Positions 39,466 to 49,145 of a stretch of 64,000 nucleotides of DNA are shown piece after piece. Location of the stretch: contig CACOMI010000001.1 of assembly GCA_902628275.1 (NCBI GenBank), positions 23,226-87,225 on the forward strand, given 5' to 3'. How positions within the stretch are numbered: the first letter of the stretch is position 1; every line of letters starts with the position of its first letter. The stretch is from an uncultured Pelagibacteraceae bacterium (GTDB lineage: Bacteria > Pseudomonadota > Alphaproteobacteria > Pelagibacterales > Pelagibacteraceae). Under the pieces are notes generated by a model. The model was not told where the DNA came from, did not search any database, and worked only from the letters and a program-made list of their open reading frames with translations. The translations under genes were made by a program, and so were the position numbers.

Positions 39466-40888
39466 TTTTTTTAAAAAAATAATATTTTTATTAGTTTTAA
39501 TATCACCAAACATTGTTAATGCTGATTTTTTTAAGGATATAACTGATAAAATTGCAGATAATCCAAAAAGACTTAGCTACGGTATTTCTGTCGCCGATAT
39601 AGATCAAAATGGAAAGTATGAATTTATAGTTACAGGATTTGGTTATCCAAATTTAGCACTCTCATATGAAAATGGAAAATTAATTAATATTGTTAATCAA
39701 AATATATTTTCCGATGAATCTAGAAAAACAATTGGTGTTGCTGCATGTGACGTTGATAGAGATGGATATGAAGAAATATATTTTCTTAATACAGATACTT
39801 ATAGTGGAACAAAAAAATATTCTGACAGACTTATAGATTTAGTTGAAAGTAAGTTTTTAGATATGTTTGAAATTAAAAAAAACAAAGAGGATTTAAATTT
39901 AACAGCAGGCAGGTCAGTCGCTTGTGTGGATAGGAAAGGCGATGGCAAATATGGTATTTACGTATCAAATTATGGGGGCCCAACAAGGTTTTATGAAATT
40001 GAAAACAAAAAGATTAAAGATAAATCAGTTAATTTAAATTTAGATAAGGTTACAGGTGGAAGAGCAGTTGTTTCAGGACATATTTTAACCGATAGATCTG
40101 ACATTTTTGCAGCAAATGAAAGAGGTGCAAATTTTCTTTTAAAAAATAACAATGGAGTTTTTGAGGACTTAGCGTTTAATTATCGTGTAGATGATGTTAT
40201 CCAGAACGGTAGAGGAACTGCACTATCAGACATACTTTATCGAGGAAGATTAGATATAATAAGTGGAAATTGGCAGGGTTATCACAGAGCTTATGTTTTA
40301 AAAGATAATCAGTTTACAGACATAGGAAATAGTAAATTTGATAAACCTTCTAGAATTCGGACAATAATATCTGCAGACTTTGATAATGATGGTTACGATG
40401 AAGTTTTTATGAATAATATAGCTGAGTCAAATAAGCTATTTAAAATTAAGGAGAATGGAAAATTTGAGGAAATAAAATTAGAGACTGGTCTAGAATCTGA
40501 TGGATACGGTACGGGAGCAGCAGTTGCTGATATTGATAATGATGGTATTTTAGAATTATTAGTTTCACGCGGTGAAAGTAAAGAGCAACCATTAACTTTA
40601 TATAAAGCAAAAATCGATAAACAAACTAAATATTTAAGAATTAAACCTATTAACAAATTTGGTGCTCCAGCAAGAGGTGCAACAGTAACATTGCTTTCTA
40701 ATCAAAGAAAACATTCAAAAACTATAGATTCTGGTTCAGGTTATTTGTGTCAAATGGAGCCTGTGGCACATTATGGAATTAGAAAAAATGAAAAAGATTT
40801 TAAAGTAGAAGTGAAATGGACTAATGGAAGTAAAGATATAATTATAATAAACTCATTAAATCAAACTATTATTGTAAAACAAAAATGA
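39446..40888 (+). CDS. CRTAC1-family protein (FG-GAP repeats + ASPIC/UnbV), secreted
   Basis: Signal peptide; DxDxDG repeats (DIDQNG, DVDRDG, DFDNDG, DIDNDG); C-terminal SGYLCQMEPVAHYG. Confidence 0.88.
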   Translation: MKTKLSNFFKKIIFLLVLISPNIVNADFFKDITDKIADNPKRLSYGISVADIDQNGKYEFIVTGFGYPNLALSYENGKLINIVNQNIFSDESRKTIGVAACDVDRDGYEEIYFLNTDTYSGTKKYSDRLIDLVESKFLDMFEIKKNKEDLNLTAGRSVACVDRKGDGKYGIYVSNYGGPTRFYEIENKKIKDKSVNLNLDKVTGGRAVVSGHILTDRSDIFAANERGANFLLKNNNGVFEDLAFNYRVDDVIQNGRGTALSDILYRGRLDIISGNWQGYHRAYVLKDNQFTDIGNSKFDKPSRIRTIISADFDNDGYDEVFMNNIAESNKLFKIKENGKFEEIKLETGLESDGYGTGAAVADIDNDGILELLVSRGESKEQPLTLYKAKIDKQTKYLRIKPINKFGAPARGATVTLLSNQRKHSKTIDSGSGYLCQMEPVAHYGIRKNEKDFKVEVKWTNGSKDIIIINSLNQTIIVKQK

Positions 40889-41574
40889 AAAGAAATTTAT
40901 TAAAACTTTTAGTAATTTTTTTCGTATTAATTCAATTTGATTCAATATCAGAGGAAAAAAATTATCATAAGGAGTTAATAGCTGATTGGTCTAGAATATT
41001 TCCCGATCAAAATAGAAATGCAGGTGGACCGATGTTTTTTAAATATATAATCGATAAAGAAATAACTTACAAAGATTTCAAAGAATTTAATAAATTATAT
41101 TGTGCTGTGTCTGGATCGTTAATTGATCCTAATGCTGAACCAGACTTCATATATGCTAATGAAAGTAAGTCAGGAGAAAAAATTTGTGGTGACTACTATA
41201 AGTGCTGCATTCCTTGTTCATGCGATATTATGAAATATTCGGAAGTTGAAAAGATGAAACATAAATTTTTGGATGGTTTAAAAGAATTTTATGTTTTCAC
41301 AATCAGAAATCCTTGCAATAAAAAAGATTTTCCAAATAGAGTTAATAAGAATTATTTTTGTGATGGTGAAAAAATTAACAATGAGCAAGTTTATAGTCTT
41401 AATGATAAATTAGTAATAGGTTTATTACACGAAGGAAGAAGTTGTAAAAAAAATGATATAGACTTTGTTAATAGCCATCAAGTAACAGGAAGATTTTGTG
41501 AATTACGAAATAATACCCCTTTAGAAAATTTAAAAACTGGAATGGGTGATATCTTTATAAAGCTTGCAAGATAG
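40885..41574 (+). CDS. Secreted cysteine-rich hypothetical protein
   Basis: Signal-like N-terminus; 10 Cys including CGDYYKCCIPCSC; ATGA overlap with the CRTAC1 gene. Confidence 0.75.
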   Translation: MKRNLLKLLVIFFVLIQFDSISEEKNYHKELIADWSRIFPDQNRNAGGPMFFKYIIDKEITYKDFKEFNKLYCAVSGSLIDPNAEPDFIYANESKSGEKICGDYYKCCIPCSCDIMKYSEVEKMKHKFLDGLKEFYVFTIRNPCNKKDFPNRVNKNYFCDGEKINNEQVYSLNDKLVIGLLHEGRSCKKNDIDFVNSHQVTGRFCELRNNTPLENLKTGMGDIFIKLAR

Positions 41575-41621
41575 TAATATTTAAATTGTTCAAAGAACTA
41601 TTCTAAGTTAAGCTTAAATTA

Positions 41622-42341
41622 GTGAATATAATAGTACTTCAACATATAAAAATAGAAGATCCAGGTTACATTAAAGATTTAATGTTGGCTGATGGACTTA
41701 AACTCACCACTATTGAATTAGACGAGGGTGAAAAAATACCAGAGAATTTAAGTAAATTTGATGGAATGCTTTGTATGGGTGGTCCAATGGATACTTATAT
41801 GGAAAAGCAATATCCATGGTTAATAGAAGAAAAAAAAAAAATTAAAGAGTTTGTTGTGGAATTAAAAAAACCTTATTTAGGTTTTTGTTTAGGTTGTCAA
41901 CTTTTAGGAGAAGTAGTAGGTGGTAAAGTAGTTAAATCAAATCCAGCTGAAATTGGAATTATGGATATTAATTTCCTAAAAGTTAAACAGGAAGATAAAT
42001 TATTTTCAAAATTTCCTGACACTATTAAAAGTTTACAGTGGCATTCTTATGAGGTTCAAGGTATTGAAGATAATAATGATGTAACTTTATTAGCTTCTTC
42101 GCCAATCACTAAATATCAAATTTTTAAATATCAAAACCATGCTTATGGAATTCAATTTCATATAGAAATTAAAGATACCACAGTCAATGAATGGGGATGT
42201 GTTCCAGAGTATAAAAAAGCTTTAGAGGATCAGCTTGGTGATGACGCATTAAAAAAGTTTGATAAATCTGCAAATGACAACATGAAAGATATGAATAACT
42301 ATTCTACAATTCTATACAATAATTTTAAAAAACTTTTATGA
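41622..42341 (+). CDS. Type 1 glutamine amidotransferase-like hydrolase
   Basis: MGGPM, GFCLGCQ, QWH, QFHIE Cys-His-Glu triad; GTG start. Confidence 0.88.
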   Translation: MNIIVLQHIKIEDPGYIKDLMLADGLKLTTIELDEGEKIPENLSKFDGMLCMGGPMDTYMEKQYPWLIEEKKKIKEFVVELKKPYLGFCLGCQLLGEVVGGKVVKSNPAEIGIMDINFLKVKQEDKLFSKFPDTIKSLQWHSYEVQGIEDNNDVTLLASSPITKYQIFKYQNHAYGIQFHIEIKDTTVNEWGCVPEYKKALEDQLGDDALKKFDKSANDNMKDMNNYSTILYNNFKKLL

Positions 42342-42559
42342 GTAATAAGATCTTTGAATGGACAGGAGTTATAACTGCAATATTATATTCTTTGTTTGTA
42401 GCTTTAAATATTGGGATAGAATTTTTTGGTTTTTGTTTATTACTTTTATCTGCAATCTTAATTGGTATTTGGGCTTATAGAGGTGGTCATAAAGGAATTT
42501 TATTTTTACAATTTTTTTATGCTACAGCTGGAATTATAGGTATGTTTCGTTGGTTTTAG
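42338..42559 (+). CDS. Small three-TM hypothetical protein
   Basis: 73 aa hydrophobic ORF; ATGA overlap with the upstream gene. Confidence 0.65.
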   Translation: MSNKIFEWTGVITAILYSLFVALNIGIEFFGFCLLLLSAILIGIWAYRGGHKGILFLQFFYATAGIIGMFRWF

Positions 42560-43701
42560 TTAAAAGTTGAAACAATTTTGGGAATATAATTTTTAAAATT
42601 GAAAAATCCTTTGTTACAGTATTGCCAAGCTAATTGATCAAGATTTCTATATAAAAAATTTATTTTTAATTTATTTGAATTTACAAAATCTAAATTTTCA
42701 CCAACTGTGGGATATAAAGCAAAACAATTTTCAATATTTGTTATTTCACTAATATTAATGATCTGACAATCAATAGATTGATCATTTAATCTTTGTTCTT
42801 GGTCTTTAATTAACAGAGACTTAAATTTTAATAACTTTTCACTTATTTTAATAGATCTATTTTCATTATTGTTAGAAACTAAGTAAATTTTTTTAAAGTT
42901 GTTGTCTTTAAAATCAGAGATTTCAAACGAGAAATTATTTTCAAAAATTAAAAGATTTTTGTCCTCAATATTTGGTGGGTTATTAAAATCTTGCTTAATT
43001 ATTTGATAAGATTTTTCAGATACCTTTGGTGGAGCATTTTCATTTAATTTTATATTTTGAAATCTATTATTGGTAAATTTTTTAATATTCCATTCACTTG
43101 CAAGGTAATGTTTTCCTTGTGTTTGAACGCCCGCAACCCATCGCCAACCAAGAGTATTTGATGCCGCGTCTCCATCATAAAGATGTTGCATAAAAAATTC
43201 TGCCCCTAGTTGCCAAGGTAATTCTAAAGTAAAAATCCAAATACTAGCAAACCACATTCTTGTATGGTTATGTAAATAATTATTCTCTTTAAGCTCTTTT
43301 ACCCATTCATTAAAGCAACTTATGTTTGTTGTTCCCTCAATTGCAGAAATGTAATCTTGATTATTTTGAAATTCATTTTTTATTTTATTTAATTCTAAAA
43401 GATAGTCTGTCCAAACATTTGGTCTTAGTTCTAACCAACCTTTCCAATACGTTCGCCATAAAACTTCTTGAATAAATTTTTCATTTTTTGAGAAAGAAAA
43501 TTTATTAAGTGATTTTCGAATTACTTCTTTTTCATTAATTATTCCATGAGTTATATATGGTGATAAACAAGACACATTTGATCTTTTTTCAGGTCCAAAA
43601 TCAAAGTTTCTTAATCTAGAATATTCTGCGAGATTATTTTCAACAAAATTATCTAATTGATTTAAGGCCTTAGCCCTTGAAGCTTCAAACATAATTTTCA
43701 A
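42556..43701 (-). CDS. Photolyase with N-terminal FAD domain (inverted-topology NewPHL type)
   Basis: VSCLSPY, EKFIQEVLWR, YLHNHTRMWFAS, DGDAASNTLGWRWVAG all in the N-terminal half; only 381 aa. Confidence 0.85.
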   Translation of the reverse strand: MKIMFEASRAKALNQLDNFVENNLAEYSRLRNFDFGPEKRSNVSCLSPYITHGIINEKEVIRKSLNKFSFSKNEKFIQEVLWRTYWKGWLELRPNVWTDYLLELNKIKNEFQNNQDYISAIEGTTNISCFNEWVKELKENNYLHNHTRMWFASIWIFTLELPWQLGAEFFMQHLYDGDAASNTLGWRWVAGVQTQGKHYLASEWNIKKFTNNRFQNIKLNENAPPKVSEKSYQIIKQDFNNPPNIEDKNLLIFENNFSFEISDFKDNNFKKIYLVSNNNENRSIKISEKLLKFKSLLIKDQEQRLNDQSIDCQIINISEITNIENCFALYPTVGENLDFVNSNKLKINFLYRNLDQLAWQYCNKGFFNFKNYIPKIVSTFN

Positions 43702-44082
43702 TTATTTCGATTTTTTTTTCTTCAGACCTAATTTATCACTGTGTCTCAACCTTAAAACAACAATCGCTGCAGCAATCAATAAAATTGCAACTGCTTCGTA
43801 TACAAGTGCAGTAGGGTCCATCTCTTTACCTTGCAGGATAATAAATCGAGCAAGAGCCGTAATTGCAATAAGTAATGGAAGTGTAATACTGATAGATTGC
43901 TGGTTCCAAAAAACTCTAACCATAGCTAGCACTTCTAAGTAAAGAAACATTAAAAGTAAATCAGCTAGAGTAACAGATTGGTTAGTGAACATATTTTTTA
44001 TTTCAATCCCAACAGCGATAACAGTACTAACTAAAATAATACACATCAAAGCTAACTGTAAGTTTTTTGTAATATTATCCAT
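43702..44082 (-). CDS. PsiE family membrane protein
   Basis: LADLLLMFLYLEV, LIAITALAR. Confidence 0.82.
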   Translation of the reverse strand: MDNITKNLQLALMCIILVSTVIAVGIEIKNMFTNQSVTLADLLLMFLYLEVLAMVRVFWNQQSISITLPLLIAITALARFIILQGKEMDPTALVYEAVAILLIAAAIVVLRLRHSDKLGLKKKKSK

Positions 44083-44084
44083 TA

Positions 44085-44540
44085 TTAATCTTTACTAAAT
44101 GGCAGCCATTTTTCAATTGCTGATTTTAAGGGACCATCATATGGAATTGAATAAGAATTTGGATTTGGACTTGTTAAAACCTCTATTCCTTTTGAAAATA
44201 CAAAGATAAATACTATTACAAAAACGATTACCATTATTTTAAAAGGATCAAAATTTTTTGTTTGAAAAACACTTGCGGACTTCGCTTCTGCTCTATGGAA
44301 TTGTTTAAAAGTCATGTATACGGCAAATATTAAACCAATGTGAGCTAAAAAAAGTCCAGCCCATCCAAATGCAAAAGTTGTATAAGAAAAAACATATAAA
44401 CTAAAAACTGTAGTCCAAATAAAACTTAAAACTAAAAGTATTTGCAATCTAACTGTTTTTGGAAGTGCGCGTAGATCATTTTTACTATCATCAAATAAAA
44501 TATTTGCTGCATCTCTCATCCAATTCTTTATTGATTCCAT
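44085..44540 (-). CDS. Hypothetical membrane protein
   Basis: Three hydrophobic segments; co-oriented with and abutting the psiE-like gene. Confidence 0.65.
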   Translation of the reverse strand: MESIKNWMRDAANILFDDSKNDLRALPKTVRLQILLVLSFIWTTVFSLYVFSYTTFAFGWAGLFLAHIGLIFAVYMTFKQFHRAEAKSASVFQTKNFDPFKIMVIVFVIVFIFVFSKGIEVLTSPNPNSYSIPYDGPLKSAIEKWLPFSKD

Positions 44541-44600
44541 AGGTTAAAGATATAATTTTTAATAATTAAAACAAATGTTAATTTGTCCTAAACTACAGTG

Positions 44601-45785
44601 TTAACGAAGCTTTTTTTTATGAAAATTGATAAATCTTTCAACATTAGATTTGTTAAATGACTTGTTTTCTTCGAATGAAACTTTCTTCATTGAATAGGCA
44701 CTACTATTAGTAACCCTTGATTGAATTGTAATATTCCCTTTATATAATTTAAGCTTAACTGCACCGTTAACTTTACTTCTTTTTAAATCAACAGTTTTTT
44801 GAAGTTTAAATCTTTCTTTGGAATACCAATAACCATTATAAATTAACTCAGCATATCTAGACATAATCTGATCTTTTTTGTGCATAGTTTCTCTATCTAA
44901 GGTAACTGACTCGATTGCTCTATGTGCATTGATTAAAAGAGTTCCACCAGGTGTTTCATACACTCCTCTAGATTTTACACCTAAAAATCTATTTTCTACT
45001 AAGTCAACTCTTCCAATTCCATTTTTACCTGCAACATTATTTAGCTTTGTTAATAACTTAGCTGGTGAGATTTTTTTTCCATTAATTCCAAAAGGATTTC
45101 CATTTTTAAAATTGATAGTAACAAATGAAGGTTTGTTTGGTGCCTTTTCTGGTGAAACTGTTCTTTGAAAAATAAATTCTGGTGCGGAATTCTTTGGATT
45201 TTCTAAAACCTTGCCTTCAGTTGATGTATGAAACAAATTATCATCTACAGAAAATGGTGGAGCACCTTTTTTATCTTTAGGAATATCGATACCATGCTTT
45301 TTTGCATAATTAATTAAATCTGTTCTGGATTTTAAATTCCAAATTCGCCATGGAGCTATAATTTTAATTTTAGGTCCAAAATAATGATATCCTAATTCAA
45401 ATCTTACTTGGTCATTTCCTTTACCAGTTGCTCCATGAGAAACTGCATAGGCCTTAAATTTTTTAGCTACTCTTATTTGATCTTTTGCAATAAGAGGTCT
45501 TGCAATCGATGTACCTAATAAATAATTACCCTCATAGATCGCATGTCCTCTGATCATGGGATAAACATAATCCTTAACAAAAATATCTTTTAAATCTTTA
45601 ATAATTATATTTTTAACACCAAATTTTTTTGCGTTAGTTATAATTTTTTTTCTATCTATTTCTTGGCCTACATCTGCTGTGTAACAAATTACATCTGCAT
45701 CATAGTTTTCTTGTAGCCATTTTAAAATTACTGAGGTATCGAGACCTCCGGAATAAGCCAGAACAATTTTCTTTTTTGATTTCAT
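44601..45785 (-). CDS. argG: Argininosuccinate synthase
   Basis: AYSGGLDTS, HGATGKGNDQVRFE, KSRGVYETPGG. Confidence 0.97.
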   Translation of the reverse strand: MKSKKKIVLAYSGGLDTSVILKWLQENYDADVICYTADVGQEIDRKKIITNAKKFGVKNIIIKDLKDIFVKDYVYPMIRGHAIYEGNYLLGTSIARPLIAKDQIRVAKKFKAYAVSHGATGKGNDQVRFELGYHYFGPKIKIIAPWRIWNLKSRTDLINYAKKHGIDIPKDKKGAPPFSVDDNLFHTSTEGKVLENPKNSAPEFIFQRTVSPEKAPNKPSFVTINFKNGNPFGINGKKISPAKLLTKLNNVAGKNGIGRVDLVENRFLGVKSRGVYETPGGTLLINAHRAIESVTLDRETMHKKDQIMSRYAELIYNGYWYSKERFKLQKTVDLKRSKVNGAVKLKLYKGNITIQSRVTNSSAYSMKKVSFEENKSFNKSNVERFINFHKKKLR

Positions 45786-45789
45786 TGAA

Positions 45790-46302
45790 TTAACTACAAG
45801 CTTTTTTTGAAGCGTTATATGCTTTAGTAAATCCTAGTAATGAGTAATGATCAATAGTTTGAGAACCTTGCTGATTATATCCAGTAACCATAATTCTAGA
45901 TCCTCTTCTCATTTGTTTGATCATTTTTAATTCTATTTTATTGTCAGCAATCCATGCAAAACCTTGCTCTTTAATGTCAAATTTAAATTTGTTTTTCCCT
46001 GAAGCAGCTGTTACAGAATTATTTTTGTTGAACTCGTAACCAGGTGTAACACTAACTTCATTTATTATATTTTCGTTCGGCCTGAAAGCTACAAATAATT
46101 TTGCATCTCTTTTATTTGTTTTTGGTGCTTGTAAAATAGGTAAAGACTGCGCAAAGCATACCTTACCGTCAGTATCCATAACGACCATCGCCTCCCAATC
46201 TTTATATTTACCAATTTTTTTAATTTCTTGGGCTGAAAGTTGAGTAGCACTACTTATAAAAATTATTCCTAAAAATATTATAATTTTTTTACTTATGGAC
46301 AT
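45790..46302 (-). CDS. IalB-like periplasmic protein
   Basis: Signal peptide, YKDW, VCFA, YSLLGFTKAY..C terminus. Confidence 0.75.
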   Translation of the reverse strand: MSISKKIIIFLGIIFISSATQLSAQEIKKIGKYKDWEAMVVMDTDGKVCFAQSLPILQAPKTNKRDAKLFVAFRPNENIINEVSVTPGYEFNKNNSVTAASGKNKFKFDIKEQGFAWIADNKIELKMIKQMRRGSRIMVTGYNQQGSQTIDHYSLLGFTKAYNASKKACS

Positions 46303-47327
46303 GGATTTGGATAAATTGTTTGTACTTGGTTAATTTCTTTAATAATATCATCAGACAAGTTTACATTTACACTTTCTATATTTGTTTTCAACTGCTCCAT
46401 TGTTGTTGCTCCAAATATTACACTCGTCATAAAATCTTGTATTTCGCAAAATTTTAAAGACATCTGCGCCAAATCTAATGAATATTTTTTTGCAATTTTA
46501 TAGTACTCCTCAATGGCATTATTTCTATTTGGTTTATTGTATCTTGTCCAAAAGTCTCCATCTCTTTCAATTCTAGAATTTTTAGGTAAAGAGTTATTTC
46601 TATATTTACCAGATAAAAAACCTCCAGCTAAAGGAGCATAACCTAGGCAGCCAATGTTTTCTCTTATAGAAACTTCAGCCAATCCAACTTCGTAAGTTCT
46701 GTTTAATAAGCTGTAAGGATTCTGGATTGACATCATTCTTGGTAATTTTTTGTCTTTAGATAATTGTAGATAATTTAAAACTCCCCAAGGGGTTTCATTT
46801 GACAAACCAACGTATCTTATTTTTCCCTGGTCAATATATTTATTTAATTCTGCAAGAACGTCTTCAAATTTATTCCATTCATTTTCTATATGAACATAGC
46901 CTAGTCTTCCAAAATTATTTACATTTCTTTCTGGCCAGTGAAGTTGATATAAATCTATATAATCAGTTTTAAGTCTCTTAAGACTGTCATTTAAAGCGTT
47001 TTCTAAGTTTGGACCCGTAAAACTATTTTCTCCATTTCTTAAGTAGTCTCTTGCTGGACCAGCAACCTTCGTTGCAAGAATGACTTTTTCTCTCTTTTTA
47101 GTTTTTTCAAACCAGTTTCCAATAATTTCTTCTGTATCACCGTAGGTTTCTTTTCTAGGTGGTACTGCATATAATTCAGCAGTGTCCCAAAAGTTCACTC
47201 CTTGATCTAAGGCAAAATCCATTTGTTCAAATGCTTCAAGCTCAGTATTTTGTTCTCCCCATGTCATGGTGCCGAGACAAATTGTACTTACTTTAATATC
47301 AGTATTACCTAAACTTTTGTAATTCAT
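46293..47327 (-). CDS. Aldo/keto reductase (Tas-like)
   Basis: CLGTMTWGEQN, DTAELY, DLYQLHWP, SNETPWG, NPCP. Confidence 0.92.
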   Translation of the reverse strand: MNYKSLGNTDIKVSTICLGTMTWGEQNTELEAFEQMDFALDQGVNFWDTAELYAVPPRKETYGDTEEIIGNWFEKTKKREKVILATKVAGPARDYLRNGENSFTGPNLENALNDSLKRLKTDYIDLYQLHWPERNVNNFGRLGYVHIENEWNKFEDVLAELNKYIDQGKIRYVGLSNETPWGVLNYLQLSKDKKLPRMMSIQNPYSLLNRTYEVGLAEVSIRENIGCLGYAPLAGGFLSGKYRNNSLPKNSRIERDGDFWTRYNKPNRNNAIEEYYKIAKKYSLDLAQMSLKFCEIQDFMTSVIFGATTMEQLKTNIESVNVNLSDDIIKEINQVQTIYPNPCP

Positions 47328-47406
47328 TATAAAAATTAAGTTAAATTTTTGTTAATCTTTTAAGGTATCTTGAATAATTAGTAAAAGAATATATATATTA
47401 CCTATT

Positions 47407-48168
47407 ATGAAATATGATAAAAACGGAATATTAAATAGAGCAAAAGCAGCACAACAAACAGCCGCTGTAATGGATGAAGGCTTAAGAGCCTACATGCTTA
47501 AAGTTTATAATTACATGGCAACCGGTATATTGCTTACTGGAATAGTAGCCCTATTAACATTTAAAATGTCTGTTGTTACTAATGATGCAGGTTCAATTGT
47601 TGGTCTGACTCAGATGGGGAACGCAATTTATTTATCAGGTCTTAAGTGGCTTGTAATGCTAGCACCTCTAGGTATCGTTTTTTATATGAGTTTTGGGATT
47701 AATAAGATGAGTGCATCAAAAGCACAAACTACGTTTTGGGTTTTTGCAGCTTTGATGGGTCTATCTTTATCTTCAATATTATTAGTTTACACTGGCATGA
47801 GTGTAACTAGAGTTTTCTTCATTACATCTGCAACATTTGGAGCGATGAGTATATATGGATATACAACTAAAAGAGATCTTACAAAGTTTGGATCTTTTTT
47901 AATGATGGGTCTAATTGGAATAATTATTGCTTCAATTGTTAATATTTTTTTAAAATCATCAATGATGTATTTTGTTATTTCAATTTTAGGTGTTTTAATA
48001 TTCGTTGGTTTAACAGCCTATGACACTCAGAAAATCAAAAATATGTATGTTGCGTCAGACTCAGGTGAGTTAATAGGCAAAAAAGCTGTAATGGGAGCTT
48101 TAACTTTGTATTTAGATTTTATTAATCTGTTTATAATGTTGTTGAGATTATTTGGGCAAAGAAGGTAA
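47407..48168 (+). CDS. Bax inhibitor-1/YccA family membrane protein
   Basis: LRAYMLKVYNYM, GYTTKRDL, AYDTQKIK, LYLDFINLF. Confidence 0.93.
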   Translation: MKYDKNGILNRAKAAQQTAAVMDEGLRAYMLKVYNYMATGILLTGIVALLTFKMSVVTNDAGSIVGLTQMGNAIYLSGLKWLVMLAPLGIVFYMSFGINKMSASKAQTTFWVFAALMGLSLSSILLVYTGMSVTRVFFITSATFGAMSIYGYTTKRDLTKFGSFLMMGLIGIIIASIVNIFLKSSMMYFVISILGVLIFVGLTAYDTQKIKNMYVASDSGELIGKKAVMGALTLYLDFINLFIMLLRLFGQRR

Positions 48169-48170
48169 AC

Positions 48171-48515
48171 TTATTTTTGAAGTTTTTTCCAGCTTGTATT
48201 TTTTAGTAAAATTTTAAGATCGTAGGAATTTTTTAGTATTTTACCAGTTGTATCTGTTATTAAATATTTAAGATTTTTATTTTTTGGCTTAAAATTTTTA
48301 CAAATCTTATATATTGCATTTTCAGTGGCATTTCTAAACACACTAAAACTCACTCGTTTACTTGAAATACTCAATCCATAATCTTTCCATGAGCCCTCGG
48401 ACACCATTTTTGCATATAAATCTAAAATAATTTTTAGCTCATTCTTTTCAAAAAAATGTTTTTCCTCAATTTTATTATATGGATTACTTATTACTAATTT
48501 TAAGTTACTACGCAT
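48171..48515 (-). CDS. DUF2794 family protein
   Basis: FEKNELKIILDLYAKMVSEGSWKDY. Confidence 0.8.
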   Translation of the reverse strand: MRSNLKLVISNPYNKIEEKHFFEKNELKIILDLYAKMVSEGSWKDYGLSISSKRVSFSVFRNATENAIYKICKNFKPKNKNLKYLITDTTGKILKNSYDLKILLKNTSWKKLQK

Positions 48516-49059
48516 CGATTTTATATTTATTAATTAAAGGTATTTGAAATCCAGTAAATATTATTGTTATTGGAAGCATCCCCCAAACTTTAAAATTGAC
48601 CCAAAATTCTTCAGTCTGAGTCCTCCAAACTAATTCATTTAATAATGCAAGACCTAGGAAAAAATACATCCAACGCCGATTAAGAACCTCCCATCCAATA
48701 TCAGTCAATGGAATAGATTTTCCCATAATTTTTTTGAGAATTGGTTCTTTAGTAAAATATTTCCCAAAAAATAATACTAAAGCAAACAAAATATTAATGA
48801 TAGTCGGTTTTACATATATAAATATAGGATCATTAAAGTAGATAGTTAAACCACCAAAAAAAGTAATCAAAATTCCGCTTACCAACGGCATTGGTGGAAT
48901 TTTTTTTTCGAAAAACCAAACAATTGCTAATGCAATTAAAGTTGCAACTATTAATGGAGGTATTGCAACTGACAAATTTTTACCACTATTGTAATAGTAG
49001 AAAAAAAATATTGCTAAAGGACCAAAATCAGTAATAAATTTTAAAAAAGATTTATTCAC
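48508..49059 (-). CDS. yciB: Inner-membrane septation protein A (YciB/IspZ)
   Basis: DFGPL, KPTIIN, NELVWR, WVNFKVWG; GTG start. Confidence 0.9.
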   Translation of the reverse strand: MNKSFLKFITDFGPLAIFFFYYYNSGKNLSVAIPPLIVATLIALAIVWFFEKKIPPMPLVSGILITFFGGLTIYFNDPIFIYVKPTIINILFALVLFFGKYFTKEPILKKIMGKSIPLTDIGWEVLNRRWMYFFLGLALLNELVWRTQTEEFWVNFKVWGMLPITIIFTGFQIPLINKYKIDA

Positions 49060-49109
49060 TAAAAGATATTAACATATTTGCCACATCACTAAACATTTAT
49101 ATTTTTAGC

Positions 49110-49137
49110 ATTGATTTTTATTTTTAAATATCCATAC
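49110..49137 (+). promoter_or_regulatory. Possible RpoH-type promoter for hspQ
   Basis: ATTGAT-N16-CCATAC, 8 nt before the ATG; same geometry as the hslV promoter. Confidence 0.4.
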
Positions 49138-49145
49138 TAAGATCG

